From positions 1 to 64,000 of the forward strand of contig DASRFJ010000316.1 of assembly GCA_035651595.1 (NCBI GenBank): a DNA stretch of 64,000 nt, given 5' to 3'. Numbering within the stretch: the first letter of the stretch is position 1; each line of letters starts with the position of its first letter. The stretch is from Streptosporangiaceae bacterium (GTDB lineage Bacteria; Actinomycetota; Actinomycetes; Streptosporangiales; Streptosporangiaceae). The notes beneath the pieces were generated by a model. The model saw only the letters and a list, made by a program, of their open reading frames with translations, had not been told where the DNA came from and made no database searches. A program made the position numbers and the translations under genes. This document shows, one piece after another, positions 19,210-29,670 of this stretch.

Positions 19210-20343
19210 ATGGGCCCGCTGGATGGGATCAGGGTGGTGGAGGTCGCCGGGCTTGCCGCCGCGCCGTTCGGCTGCATGATGCTGGCCGATCTGGGTGCGG
19301 ACGTGCTGCGCGTGGACCGGGTCAGCTCGGCGGGCCGGCCGGCCCCCGACGATCCGCTCGGCCGCGGCCGGCGGTCGATCGCGCTGGACCTGAAGACCGC
19401 CGAGGGCACCGGGCTCCTGCTCCGGCTCGCCGGCCAGGCCGACGTGCTGGTGGAGGGGTTCCGCCCGGGCGTCGCCGAGCGCCTGGGGTTCGGGCCTTCG
19501 GTGTGCCTTGAGCGGAATCCGCGGCTGGTGTACGCGCGGATGACCGGCTGGGGGCAGGACGGTCCGCTCGCGCCCACCGCCGGGCACGATATCGGCTACA
19601 TCGCGATCTCCGGCGCGCTATCCCTGGTCGGCCGCGCCGGGGAGCGGCCGGTGCCGCCGGTCAATCTGGCCGGCGACTTCGGCGGGGGCGGGATGCTGCT
19701 GGCCATCGGCATCCTCGCCGCGCTGCTGGAGCGGGAAAGGTCCGGCAGCGGCCAGGTGGTCGACGCCGCCATGGTGGACGGCTCGGCGCTGCTGACCACG
19801 GTTTTCCACGGCTTCGCGGCCGCGGGCCGGTGGCGGCCGGAGCGCGGCACCAACCTGATCGACGGCGGCGCCCCGTTCTACGACACGTACCAGACCGCGG
19901 ACGGCCAGTTCGTCGCCGTCGGCGCGCTGGAACCCGCGTTCTACGCGGAGCTGCTCGAGCGCCTCGGGCTGACCGACGATCCGGACCTGCCCGACCGCGC
20001 CGACCCGGCGAACTGGCCGGCCCTGCGCGAGCGCTTCGCGACGGTCTTCGCCAAGCGCACCCGCGCCGAATGGGCGGCGGAGTTCGCGACGTCCGACGCG
20101 TGCGTGGCGCCGGTCCTCGGCCTCGACGAGGTCGCCGCCCATCCGCACAACCAGGCCAGGCAGTCGTTCACCGACCTCGACGGCGTGACACAGCCGGCCC
20201 CCGCGCCGCGCTTCAGCCGCACCGCGCCCGGCACGCCGCTGCCGCCGCCGCTGGCCGGCGCGGACACCGACGCGGTGCTGGCCGGCCTCGGTCACACCGC
20301 GGCCGACATCGCCGGCCTGCGCGCCCGCGGCATAACCGGCTAA
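19210..20343 (+). CDS. mcr: CoA-transferase family III (CaiB/BaiF; alpha-methylacyl-CoA racemase-like)
   Basis: Sequence MGPLDGIRVVEVAGLAAAPFGCMMLADLGADV and the conserved Asp region are typical of Mcr/CaiB. Confidence 0.8.
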   Translation: MGPLDGIRVVEVAGLAAAPFGCMMLADLGADVLRVDRVSSAGRPAPDDPLGRGRRSIALDLKTAEGTGLLLRLAGQADVLVEGFRPGVAERLGFGPSVCLERNPRLVYARMTGWGQDGPLAPTAGHDIGYIAISGALSLVGRAGERPVPPVNLAGDFGGGGMLLAIGILAALLERERSGSGQVVDAAMVDGSALLTTVFHGFAAAGRWRPERGTNLIDGGAPFYDTYQTADGQFVAVGALEPAFYAELLERLGLTDDPDLPDRADPANWPALRERFATVFAKRTRAEWAAEFATSDACVAPVLGLDEVAAHPHNQARQSFTDLDGVTQPAPAPRFSRTAPGTPLPPPLAGADTDAVLAGLGHTAADIAGLRARGITG

Positions 20344-21738
20344 GCGGGCGTCGCCGTGGCGGGCGTCGGGCGGCTCCGCCGCCTCGCGCCGCCGCCAGTC
20401 GTCCGGCAAGGTGACCTCGAGCACATCGTCGACGGTGATGACGCCGAGCAGGCAGCGCTCGTCGTCGACGACCGGGATCGTGATCAGGTTGTAGTCGGTC
20501 ATCAGCACGGCGACGTCCATCACGTCGGTGTCCGCGCCGACCCGGACCGGATCGGTGTCGCACACGTCGATGAGCGCGGCGGAGCCGGCCGACTGGAGCA
20601 GCGCCACCAGCGTGGCGACCCCGCGCAGGCAGCCGTCGTTGTCGACCGCGTGCACGCTGGTCAGCGCCTCGGGCTGAAGGGTGCCGGACTCCCGCACCTT
20701 GGCCAGCGCCTGGTCCACCGTTGCCATCGTGGGCAGCGTGATGAAGTCCACGCCCATCAGGCCGCCCGCGCTGGTGGCGTTGAAGCCGAGCAGGGTGAGC
20801 ACCTTGCCCCGCTGCCCGGCGGGCAGCAGGTCCAGGACCGGCTGGCGCCGCCGCTGCGGCAACTCGGCGATCGCGTCCGCCGCGTCGTCCGCCCGCATCT
20901 TGGCGAGCACCCCCGCGATGTCGGCGTCGGAGCGCCCGGCGAGCAGCCGGGCAGCCTCGTCCTCGTCCAGTTCCTCGAAGACGTCGGCCTCCAGTTCCGG
21001 GTCGACGTGCACCCGGCCGAGGATCTCGGTCTGCTCCTCCTTGGAGGCATCCTCGAGCAGGTCGGCGATCTGCGCGGGCTTGAGCCGCCTGATCCGCGCG
21101 AACGGGCCGCGCAGCAGCGCGCTCCCGGCATGCCCGATCAGCCATTCGAAGTCGTGCCAGTCCCGGAACAGGCCGGCGCCAGAATCAAGGCCAGCGCCGG
21201 GATCAAGGCCGGCGCCGGAATCAACCCCCAGCCCGAACCAGCGGCGCCGCCGTGGCCTTGTATCCACCCCGGACACCACCCATTCGCCGTTGTCACTGGC
21301 CAGCTCCAGGTCCGCGGCCCGGACCAGCCTGGCGTTGCGCACGTCGATCAGCCGGTGCCCGAGTACGTCGGCGCGCAGCAGCACCTCACCCTCGCGCCGG
21401 TCGAAGTGCCGCAGGTCGAGCCGTGCGCTGGTCAGCTTCAGCGGCTCGCCGGCCGGCTCGCCAGCAGGCCCGCCGCGAGAGAAGCTGCTGACCTGCTCCA
21501 CCGGCATGAAGACCCGCCGGCCGCCCACCGCGCCCACCAAGCCGGTAACCAGCGGGTAGTCGGCCCCGCGCAGCCGGACGATCACGTCGGAGAGCCTGCC
21601 GAGCGACTCGCCGCTGCGGTCCGCCACCGGCCGTTTCAGCAGCCGGGACAGCCGGAGGACGGGTCCGTTGCCTGCCGCGGGGCCGGGGCCGGGGCCGGGG
21701 CTGGGGCCGGACGGTCGGCCCGCCGGTGGAATTGCCAT
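20341..21738 (-). CDS. PRC-barrel + MgtE-N + tandem CBS domain protein; 3' end unresolved (ORF continues stop-less to 19618)
   Basis: MgtE N-terminal-domain-like segment (EDASKEEQTEILGRVHVDPELEADVFEELDEDEAARLL) followed by two CBS domains ending ...GVITVDDVLEVTLPDD. No membrane domain. The same frame carries no stop until 19618, codon-aligned antisense to the CoA-transferase gene. Confidence 0.6.
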
Positions 21739-21892
21739 CTGAAGCCTCTTCGCTGCTGCGTCAGCGATCTTGACGGAACCTTAACGCGCAGATCAAGAAC
21801 CTATACGGAACCTATACTGCACGCGCCCGTCAGCCCGAATAGCGTCGAATGCGTTTGAGCACACCGCACGAACAGAATGAGGTCATAGCGGA

Positions 21893-24304
21893 GTGGCTGT
21901 CGGCAGGACGGCTGGCGATGAGCGCCGGGGCCAGGTCATTGACCTTCCGGAAACGTACTGGTACAAGGCCAAGCTGCGTCTCCTCGGGCCACCCATGGTC
22001 AACGAGCAGCTTAATACCGAACGGCTGTCGAAGCCCCTGGCGCTCGGCGTCCTGTCCTGCGACGGTATATCCTCCGCCGCCTACGGCACCGAGGAAATGC
22101 TGATCGTCCTGGTTGGCGCGGTAGGTCTGGCAGCGTTCAACCTGATCATCCCGATGACCCTCGTCGTGCTGTTCGGCATCGTCGTCGTCGTGCTGTCCTA
22201 CCGGGAAGTCGTCTCTGTCTACACCCGGGCAGGCGGGTCCTACGTAGTGGCCAGGGAGAACTTCGGCCCCAGGGTCGCGCAGATCGCGGCCGTGGCCCTG
22301 CTCATCGACTACGTCGTCACGGTAGCCGTGCAGACAGCGGCGGGCAGCGCGGCGATCGTCTCCGCGTTCCCGTCGCTAGGCAACCTGCCGCTGGTCGGCT
22401 CGCACATTCTCACGGTCATCTCGGTCGCCGCCATCTTGTTGATGTGCTACGGAAACCTGCGCGGAATCCGGGAGGCCGGAAAGACATTCGCCCTGCCCAC
22501 CTACCTGTTCTCCGCGTCGGTCGGGCTGATGATCATTGTGGGCCTGTTCCGCGAGGTCGCCGGCGGCCTGCCGGTGGTGCACCACTACGCGAACGTCGGG
22601 CCGACGTTCGCCTTCGGCCACAGCACCGAAGGCCTGCTCAGCTTCGCGATGATCCTCATGCTGCTGAAGGCTTTCGCCAACGGAGGCTCCTCGCTGACTG
22701 GCATCGAGGCCGTTTCGAACGCGGTCAGCGCGCTGCGTCCGCCGGAGGGCCGCAATGCCAGGCAGATCCTCGTCACGCAGGGCACGATCGTCATATTCCT
22801 GATCGGCGGAATATCGTGGCTGGCCCACGTTTCGCACGCCACGCCGTACGTCGACGGTTACCCGACAGTGCTGGCTCAGGAGGCCGACGTGGTCTTCGGA
22901 TCGGGCGGGCACATCATGTTCTACCTGGTGCAGTTGGCTACCGCGGCGATCCTGTTCACCGGCGGTAACACGAGCTTCAGCGGTTTCCCGTTCCTGGCCA
23001 GCTTCGTCGCCGAGGACTCGTTCCTGCCTAGGTGGCTGACTAAGCGCGGGCACCGGCTGGTCTTCTCGAACGGCATCATCATCTTGACCGTGGTGTCGCT
23101 CACATTGGGTCTGGCGGTGGGGTTCAACGTCGACGGCCTTGTGCCGTTCTATGCGATCGGCGTGTTCACCGGGTTCTCGATGGCAGGCTTCGGCATGGTC
23201 AGATATCACCTCCGGACGCGAGAACCTGGCTGGCAACGCAAGCTGACCATCAACCTGGTCGGGGGCGGCTACACGGTCCTTGTCGTCATCATCTTCGCCA
23301 TCGTCAAGTTCACCGAAGGCGCCTGGCTGGTCGTCATCCTCGGCCCGGTACTGGTGTTCGCGCTCATCCGGCTCAACCGGGAATATCGCAGCGAGGCGCA
23401 GGTCCTGGAGAACATCGGCGAGCGCCGGGCATCCGGGGTCGGGGTTAACCAGCCCAACTACTCCCGACGCGCGGTCATCGTGTTCGTGGACGACTTCGAC
23501 CTCTCCACAATCGCCGCACTGCGTTACGCAAAGAGCTTGCGGCCCACCTCCTTGCGGGCTGTGCACCTGGTCATCGACAACGAACAGGCCGAAAAGCTCC
23601 GCGCCGCATGGCTGCCGGACCGTTACGTGACGCTGGAATTCATCGACACCCCAGACCGCCGGCTGACCCGGGCCGCCGCCGAACTCGTCGCCAAGGAGAC
23701 GGACGTACCCGGTACTCAGGTCACGGCGATCCTGCCCCGGCGGAGCTTCTCGCCGCTGCTCGGACGGCTGCTGCACGATCGAACCGCAGACAAGATCGCC
23801 GGGGTGGTCAGCCGCATCCCGAACGCGGCGGCCACCATCGTCCCGTTCGACGTGCAGAACCGGGTCGGGGTGCTTCAGGAGCACAACGCGGCGCGACTCG
23901 CCGCGGTGACGGAGTCGCCAGATCCAGGAACCCAGGTAGCCGACGAACTCCAGCGCGATGTCCCCGAGCCGCTTCCCGGCGCCGGCGGCTACGACCGGCC
24001 CGCGCCGTCGCTCGGCGCGGACCCGATCGGCTCGCTGCGCCGGCCCGGCCGCGTCGTCGTGGAGGGTAGGGTGCGGGTGGTGGAGATCCGCCCGGTCGAG
24101 CACAACACGGTGCTCGCCGTGGAGATCTCCGACTCCACGGGGGACCTCACCGCGATGTTCTACGGCCGGTCCAAGATCCCCGGCCTGATGTGCGGCGGCA
24201 AGGTCCGGCTGCGCGGCCAGGTCGGCATCAAGAACGGCGGTCCGGTCATGGTCAACCCCGCCTACGAACTGCTCGTCCCCGGGTCGAGCGGCGACGAGGA
24301 GTAA
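21893..24304 (+). CDS. APC-superfamily permease with C-terminal cytoplasmic extension ending in an OB-fold (tRNA_anti-like) domain
   Basis: About 12 TM helices over the first ~480 aa, then a soluble region. The last ~90 aa (RVVVEGRVRVVEIRPVEHNTVLAVEISDSTGDLTAMFYGRSKIPGLMCGGKVRLRGQV) have an OB-fold nucleic-acid-binding signature. The start could instead be the ATG at 21995. Confidence 0.7.
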   Translation: MAVGRTAGDERRGQVIDLPETYWYKAKLRLLGPPMVNEQLNTERLSKPLALGVLSCDGISSAAYGTEEMLIVLVGAVGLAAFNLIIPMTLVVLFGIVVVVLSYREVVSVYTRAGGSYVVARENFGPRVAQIAAVALLIDYVVTVAVQTAAGSAAIVSAFPSLGNLPLVGSHILTVISVAAILLMCYGNLRGIREAGKTFALPTYLFSASVGLMIIVGLFREVAGGLPVVHHYANVGPTFAFGHSTEGLLSFAMILMLLKAFANGGSSLTGIEAVSNAVSALRPPEGRNARQILVTQGTIVIFLIGGISWLAHVSHATPYVDGYPTVLAQEADVVFGSGGHIMFYLVQLATAAILFTGGNTSFSGFPFLASFVAEDSFLPRWLTKRGHRLVFSNGIIILTVVSLTLGLAVGFNVDGLVPFYAIGVFTGFSMAGFGMVRYHLRTREPGWQRKLTINLVGGGYTVLVVIIFAIVKFTEGAWLVVILGPVLVFALIRLNREYRSEAQVLENIGERRASGVGVNQPNYSRRAVIVFVDDFDLSTIAALRYAKSLRPTSLRAVHLVIDNEQAEKLRAAWLPDRYVTLEFIDTPDRRLTRAAAELVAKETDVPGTQVTAILPRRSFSPLLGRLLHDRTADKIAGVVSRIPNAAATIVPFDVQNRVGVLQEHNAARLAAVTESPDPGTQVADELQRDVPEPLPGAGGYDRPAPSLGADPIGSLRRPGRVVVEGRVRVVEIRPVEHNTVLAVEISDSTGDLTAMFYGRSKIPGLMCGGKVRLRGQVGIKNGGPVMVNPAYELLVPGSSGDEE

Positions 24305-24373
24305 CCACCGGGAACCAGGCGACCCGGCCCGGGCAATGACGGATGTCCTAGCAGGCATCCGAAGGGTCGTCGC

Positions 24374-24970
24374 ATGACATACCAGAGCCGGGATGAAGAC
24401 CTGGACGACGCGGCCGTCATCCAGCTCTCCCGGCATGAGCCCGAACAGTTCACCATGCTGTTCCGCAGGCACGCACCGCACATCCAGCGCTACGTGGCAC
24501 GGCGCCTGGGCCCGGACGCGGCCGATGACATCGTGGCGGAGACGTTTCTGCTGGCCTTCCGCCAGCGGGACCGGTACGACCAGAGCCGGCCGGACGCGCG
24601 GCCCTGGCTGTACGGCATCGCCACGAACCTCATCGGCCGCCATCGCCGGGCCGAGATCAGGCTGTACCGTGCGCTGGCCCGGACGGGGGCCGACCCCGTC
24701 GCGGAACCGTTTACCGACAGGGTTGACGACCGGGTCAGCGCGAACACGACGGCCAGGCGGCTGGCGACGGCGCTGGCCAGGCTCTCCGCCGAGTACCGCG
24801 ACACGCTGCTGCTGGTGGTGTGGGGCGACCTGTCGTACGACGAGGCCGCGGCAGCGCTCGGCGTGCCGGTCGGCACGGTGCGCTCCCGGCTGAGCCGGGC
24901 TCGAAGCAGGCTCCGGCGGACGCTAGGCGAAGCCAATCCCGCAGCCTTGCACGAGGAGTCGCCAGCATGA
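24374..24970 (+). CDS. ECF RNA polymerase sigma factor
   Basis: Sigma-70 region 2 (DDIVAETFLLAFRQRDRYD) and region 4 (LSYDEAAAALGVPVGTVRSRLSRAR). Confidence 0.85.
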   Translation: MTYQSRDEDLDDAAVIQLSRHEPEQFTMLFRRHAPHIQRYVARRLGPDAADDIVAETFLLAFRQRDRYDQSRPDARPWLYGIATNLIGRHRRAEIRLYRALARTGADPVAEPFTDRVDDRVSANTTARRLATALARLSAEYRDTLLLVVWGDLSYDEAAAALGVPVGTVRSRLSRARSRLRRTLGEANPAALHEESPA

Positions 24971-26544
24971 ACGAAATAGACGAGCTGTCCCGCTTCCGGG
25001 CGGAGATCCCGGACCGCGGCACGGCGCGCGCGGAGGAGATGTTCCGCACCGCGCTCCACGAAGACCTGACTTCAGAACGACATTCGGCACCACGCTTCCG
25101 GAACCGGCTTCGTGAGCTGCGGCCGGCGTGGCGCGCCGCCATCGCGGTGCCGCTGGCCCTCGGCCTGGCGGCCGGCGTCCTCGTGACGGTACTGCCGTCC
25201 GGAACCAGCCAGCCAGCCGCGCCGCTGACCGCCAAGCTGCTCGCGGACCGCGCGTCCGCCGCGGCCCTGGACGGCCCGACGGTGCCAGGCGGCCAGTGGG
25301 TGTACCGCAAGGTACTGTCATCCAGCCAGGACAAGGGCATCCCGGCGCGAAGCACCGAGAACACCTGGACGACCGCGGACGGGTCGCTCGCTTACCTGGA
25401 CCACGGCATCTGGTCGTTCGGCCCAGGGCAGACGCTCTACACCCACCTCAGCTCGCTGCCCGCCGACCCGCGCGCGCTCGATGAATACCTGGCGAAGCTC
25501 TCCTACCCGAACCCGGACGCGACCCAGGTCAACAAGGACGCGGCGGATTTCTTCACCATCCAGGGGCTGCTGAGCACCGCGGTCCTGCCGCCGTCACTGA
25601 ACGCGGAGCTGTACCAGGCGCTCGCCGACATCCCCACGATCCAGGTGAAGAGCCACGTCACCGACATCGACGGCCGCCCTGGTGTGGCCTTCGTGCTGCC
25701 GGAGACGGTACAGAACGCGAACCTGGAGATCATCCTGGACGCGTCGGACTACTCCTACCTGGCGCAGGCGGCCTGGGAGCCCTCGAACGGCTCGCCGAAC
25801 TCGGCGATCCCGTTCACCGAGCAGGCCGTGCTCCAGACCACGCTGGTGTCCGGACCGGGCAGCACGCGGCCCGACTCGGCACCCCCCACCCAGGCCATGC
25901 TGACCGCGGAGCAGGCGGCGCTTGCGGTGCTGAACGTGCCAAGGCACGAGAACTTCTCCTCACCCGCCGCGAGCCAGTGGATCTACCGCAAGCTCAGCAC
26001 GAGCGCGGGCACCCAGGAAGTGTGGGCCAGGGCCGACGATTCCGAGCAGGCGTCCGACGTCAACGGGACGCTGGTGACGTGCGCCAAATCGGCGAGCTGC
26101 GCCAGCGGCGTCACGTGGCTGATGCCCACCGGGCCCGCCTACCCGTCACCGGGTTCCGCCGGGAGCGCGCAGCCGCTGCCAGGCGATCCGCAGGGAGTGC
26201 TGGACAAGCTGAACACGTACCGCACCGGCTGCGCGGACACGTCCGGGGACTGCGACGCGGTCGGGGTCATCGCGAACATGCTCCTCGGCTACGGCCACGT
26301 GGGCATCTCGCCGGTAATCTGGTTCTTCGCCCTCGCCGACGTGCCCGGCGTGACCGTCCAGCACATCACCGACGCGGCCGGCCGCGCCGACGTCGAGTTC
26401 AGCTTCCCGTTCACCGACGGCGTCACCGGGATCTTGGTCAACGCGAGCACCTACGGGTTCGCCGGGTACATCAAGGACAAGGCGCAGACGCTGCTGCTCC
26501 AGCAGGCGGACGTGTCCGGCCCGGGGGTCTTGCCCTCCCGGTAA
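24967..26544 (+). CDS. membrane anti-sigma factor with internally duplicated extracytoplasmic domain
   Basis: ATGA overlap with the sigma stop. N-terminal cytoplasmic part, one TM (AIAVPLALGLAAGVLVTVL), then two ~220 aa modules that each open with GQWVYRKVLSSS / SQWIYRKLSTS. Confidence 0.65.
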   Translation: MNEIDELSRFRAEIPDRGTARAEEMFRTALHEDLTSERHSAPRFRNRLRELRPAWRAAIAVPLALGLAAGVLVTVLPSGTSQPAAPLTAKLLADRASAAALDGPTVPGGQWVYRKVLSSSQDKGIPARSTENTWTTADGSLAYLDHGIWSFGPGQTLYTHLSSLPADPRALDEYLAKLSYPNPDATQVNKDAADFFTIQGLLSTAVLPPSLNAELYQALADIPTIQVKSHVTDIDGRPGVAFVLPETVQNANLEIILDASDYSYLAQAAWEPSNGSPNSAIPFTEQAVLQTTLVSGPGSTRPDSAPPTQAMLTAEQAALAVLNVPRHENFSSPAASQWIYRKLSTSAGTQEVWARADDSEQASDVNGTLVTCAKSASCASGVTWLMPTGPAYPSPGSAGSAQPLPGDPQGVLDKLNTYRTGCADTSGDCDAVGVIANMLLGYGHVGISPVIWFFALADVPGVTVQHITDAAGRADVEFSFPFTDGVTGILVNASTYGFAGYIKDKAQTLLLQQADVSGPGVLPSR

Positions 26545-26557
26545 CTACTGAGTAGTA

Positions 26558-27712
26558 ATGAGAGGAGAACCGCGCCGCCGAACAGAGCTGGAGGGCCGCG
26601 TGAGCACCTACGACCATTACACGATGCCCGTCAGCCACCAGACCTGGGACGTCCCCGCAAGCGGGGCGGCGCGGTTCTCCTGGGAGTACGACGACGGCAG
26701 GCAGCGCCTGCTCGACCTGTATCAGCGCGGCAAGGACAAGCAGTGGGACGCCGCAAAGCGGATCGACTGGGATCTGCCGGTCAACCCGACGCGGGTGATG
26801 GAGACCGGCGACGAGCTGAACCCGATCTACGGGTCGCGGCAGTGGGAGAAGCTGAACCAGGCCGAACGGGACGAGCTGAGCATTCACCTGTCCTCGTGGC
26901 TGTTCAGCCAGTTCCTGCACGGCGAGCAGGGCGCGCTGACCGTGGCCGCGCGCATCGTGGAGTCCGTGCCGGACATGGACTCCAAGTTCTACGCCGCGAC
27001 CCAGGCGATGGACGAGGCGCGGCACGTGGAATTGTTCTCGCGGTTCATCAAGGAGAAGATCGGCACCTATTACCCGATCAACACCGACCTGGCCAGGCTG
27101 CTGGCGGACGCGCTCGGCGACTCCCGCTGGGACATGCCGTACCTGGGTATGCAGGTGCTGATCGAGGGGCTGGCACTGGCCGCGTTCGGCGTGCACCGGG
27201 ACATCACCGGCAACCCGCTGGTCAAGCAGTTGCTCGCGTACGTGATGCAGGACGAGGCGCGGCACGTCGCGTTCGGCCGGCTGGCGCTGCGCGACTACTA
27301 CGCCGGGCTGACCGCGGCCGAGCGCGCCGACCGCGAGGAGTTCGTGGTCGAGGGCTGCTACCTGATGCGCAACCGGTTCCGCGCGCAGGAGGTCTGGGAG
27401 CGCATGGGCTACGACGTGGCCGAGTGCCTGGAGTTCACCGAGGTCTCCCCGATGCAGCAGGCGTTCCGCGCGCTGCTGTTCAGCCGCATCGTGCCGTGCG
27501 TCCGGGACATCGGGCTGTGGGGCGAGAAGGTGCAGCGCGCCTACGCGGACCTCGGGGTGCTCGACGCGGCGAGCACCGACCTGGAGAGCCTGATGCGCGA
27601 CGACGAGGACCAGGCGGAGCGCATCGAACGCGAGCACGCCGCCGAGATGGCCGCCCGCCAGGCGGAGGTCAGCGCCGCGATCGGCGAGGGTGCCACAGCG
27701 CCTGCACCATAG
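26558..27712 (+). CDS. ferritin-like diiron protein (AurF / p-aminobenzoate N-oxygenase-like)
   Basis: Two E..H iron-ligand motifs (MDEARHVELF, MQDEARHVAFG) spaced as in diiron oxygenases. Confidence 0.6.
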   Translation: MRGEPRRRTELEGRVSTYDHYTMPVSHQTWDVPASGAARFSWEYDDGRQRLLDLYQRGKDKQWDAAKRIDWDLPVNPTRVMETGDELNPIYGSRQWEKLNQAERDELSIHLSSWLFSQFLHGEQGALTVAARIVESVPDMDSKFYAATQAMDEARHVELFSRFIKEKIGTYYPINTDLARLLADALGDSRWDMPYLGMQVLIEGLALAAFGVHRDITGNPLVKQLLAYVMQDEARHVAFGRLALRDYYAGLTAAERADREEFVVEGCYLMRNRFRAQEVWERMGYDVAECLEFTEVSPMQQAFRALLFSRIVPCVRDIGLWGEKVQRAYADLGVLDAASTDLESLMRDDEDQAERIEREHAAEMAARQAEVSAAIGEGATAPAP

Positions 27713-28922
27713 GCACCGCGCCGACGATCAAACCCAGGGTCAGAGCCACGGTCAAGCTGATGGCGTCACGTAGGTCGTTCAGACCATCAATGACATGATC
27801 ACCGTTCAGCGTGGCCAGGCCGCGCAGCGCGACCGAGCCGACGGTCAGCGCGAAGAAGCCGCCGATGATCAGCACGATGCGCGGCGGGTTACGCGGCGAG
27901 CGTTCGAGCGCGCCCGCGGCGGCGCCGAGCAGCATCGCCGCCACGAACGTGCCCGCCGTCGGCCCCGCCCATCTGGTGACGCCTAGCTGGACGAACCAGG
28001 CGAGATAGGTCAGCGCGAGGATCCACCAGAAGTCCTGGCGTCGCGCGTTGAACGTCAGCACCAGACCGACGGTGAACGGCACCCAGGAGATCGCGACCAG
28101 CCAGAACGGCAGCGCCGCCGGGACCGCGCTGTCGAACAGGCGGTCCGCGTTCACCCCGCTGAGCTCCGCGGCGACCACCACACCGATCGCGAGCTCGACG
28201 AGCGTGAATGCGGCCTGTGCGAGACGCACCACGCCGGGCGTGAGCTGGCCGATGGCGATCTCGGCGCTGGCCGCGCACAGGAAGTCACCTGGGATGAGCA
28301 CGAACAGCGCCGGCACCATCAGCACCACCGGCCCGCCGGGCGCCCGGTGGGCGTGCAGCAGGTTGAACGCGACCAGGCCGACCACCGCGGGGCCGAGGAT
28401 CGGCAGCAGGCTGCGCAGGCCGGCCAGCCGCTCGGCCGCGACGAACAGCACGCCCATGATCGCGCCGAGCACTACGCTGTAGCCGACTTCGCGCCAGGTT
28501 GCCTGCACGCTCGGCGCGAACCCGACCGCGAACAGCGCGACGCCGATGACGCGCAGCCAGCCTGGGTACGGCGGGTCGGCCTGCTCCAGCTCGGTCAGCG
28601 CCCGGTCGGCCTCCGCCGCGCACATCAGCCCTGAGGTCATTGCGCCGATCAGGAACTTGCAGTTCGCGACCCGGTCCAGCCTGGCAAGCTCGGGAACCAC
28701 CCGGATCGTCTCGATGTACGGCTGGGCGTCGCGGTGGCGGACGCTGAGCACCGCGCCCTCCGCGATCGCCAGCAGATCCGCCTCCGCACCGTAGGCGTGC
28801 CCGGCCTCGCGCACCGAGTCCCGCAGCTCGAACGCGCCCTCCGCGCTGTTCAGCAGCTGGAACTCGGTCAGCCGCGCGAGCAGCCGGTTGATCTCGTCCG
28901 GATCATCCCCCGTGATCTCCAT
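27669..28922 (-). CDS. threonine/serine exporter family protein (ThrE; DUF1212+DUF3815)
   Basis: N-terminal soluble part followed by ~10 TM helices; typical ThrE architecture. Confidence 0.65.
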   Translation of the reverse strand: MEITGDDPDEINRLLARLTEFQLLNSAEGAFELRDSVREAGHAYGAEADLLAIAEGAVLSVRHRDAQPYIETIRVVPELARLDRVANCKFLIGAMTSGLMCAAEADRALTELEQADPPYPGWLRVIGVALFAVGFAPSVQATWREVGYSVVLGAIMGVLFVAAERLAGLRSLLPILGPAVVGLVAFNLLHAHRAPGGPVVLMVPALFVLIPGDFLCAASAEIAIGQLTPGVVRLAQAAFTLVELAIGVVVAAELSGVNADRLFDSAVPAALPFWLVAISWVPFTVGLVLTFNARRQDFWWILALTYLAWFVQLGVTRWAGPTAGTFVAAMLLGAAAGALERSPRNPPRIVLIIGGFFALTVGSVALRGLATLNGDHVIDGLNDLRDAISLTVALTLGLIVGAVPMVQALWHPRRSRR

Positions 28923-29670
28923 CGCCGCAGGTCATACCCACAGCGGGGACCATCGCTAACCAGCGGGCTGTCTTGGCGAAACGCGGTTTCCAGACGGCAC
29001 GGTAAATCACCCGCAGCGGCGCCGGAAGCTGCCCGAGGGTCCGCTTGACGTTGTCCGGGGAGGCTCCGGAGAGCATCCAGGCGAACATCTCCGAACCAGC
29101 GCTCAGCCCGTTCTGCCTGGCCATCTGCCGCCCGACCCCGCGCCATTGCGCGTTGGTGAGGCCGGCGCTGACCAGCGGCAGCCCCTCACGCTCCTCGTGC
29201 TGAAGGTGCCCGGTGAGCGAGGTGGTCAGCACGTCGACCACGTCGGCGAGGCGGTCGATCCCCGGCCAGTCGTCCGAGTCCGGCCCGTCCCCCCGCCGCC
29301 GCGCGAACGCGTCGTCGACGGCGGCCAGCAGCGGATCGATCTGCTGGTGCTCCTCCTCCATCGCGTCCAGCACGCTGAGCGCGCTCTCGCTGGTCGCGAA
29401 CCTGGTCCGCAGCACGGGCCAGACACACGAGTCTTCGGAGGTATGGTGCATGTGCAGCTGGCGCTTGAACACTTCCCAGCCCGCCGCGACCGAGGCCTGC
29501 TTCGCCGGATCGGACAGGTTGCTTGCCTTGCCTGCCTTGCCTGCCGTCGCGCGGGCGAGGCTGGTCAGGTCCCGGCGGAACGCGTCGTGGGCGGCGTACA
29601 TGATCGTCAGGTCCGCGTCCCCCGCGCCGTGCTTGGCCGCGTCGGTCCCCGGCAGCTTGTCTGTTGTCAT
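28903..29670 (-). CDS. hemerythrin-like (HHE cation-binding) domain protein
   Basis: H/E-rich motifs (MHHTSED, EEEHQQID, HLQHEE). Confidence 0.65.
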   Translation of the reverse strand: MTTDKLPGTDAAKHGAGDADLTIMYAAHDAFRRDLTSLARATAGKAGKASNLSDPAKQASVAAGWEVFKRQLHMHHTSEDSCVWPVLRTRFATSESALSVLDAMEEEHQQIDPLLAAVDDAFARRRGDGPDSDDWPGIDRLADVVDVLTTSLTGHLQHEEREGLPLVSAGLTNAQWRGVGRQMARQNGLSAGSEMFAWMLSGASPDNVKRTLGQLPAPLRVIYRAVWKPRFAKTARWLAMVPAVGMTCGDGDHGG

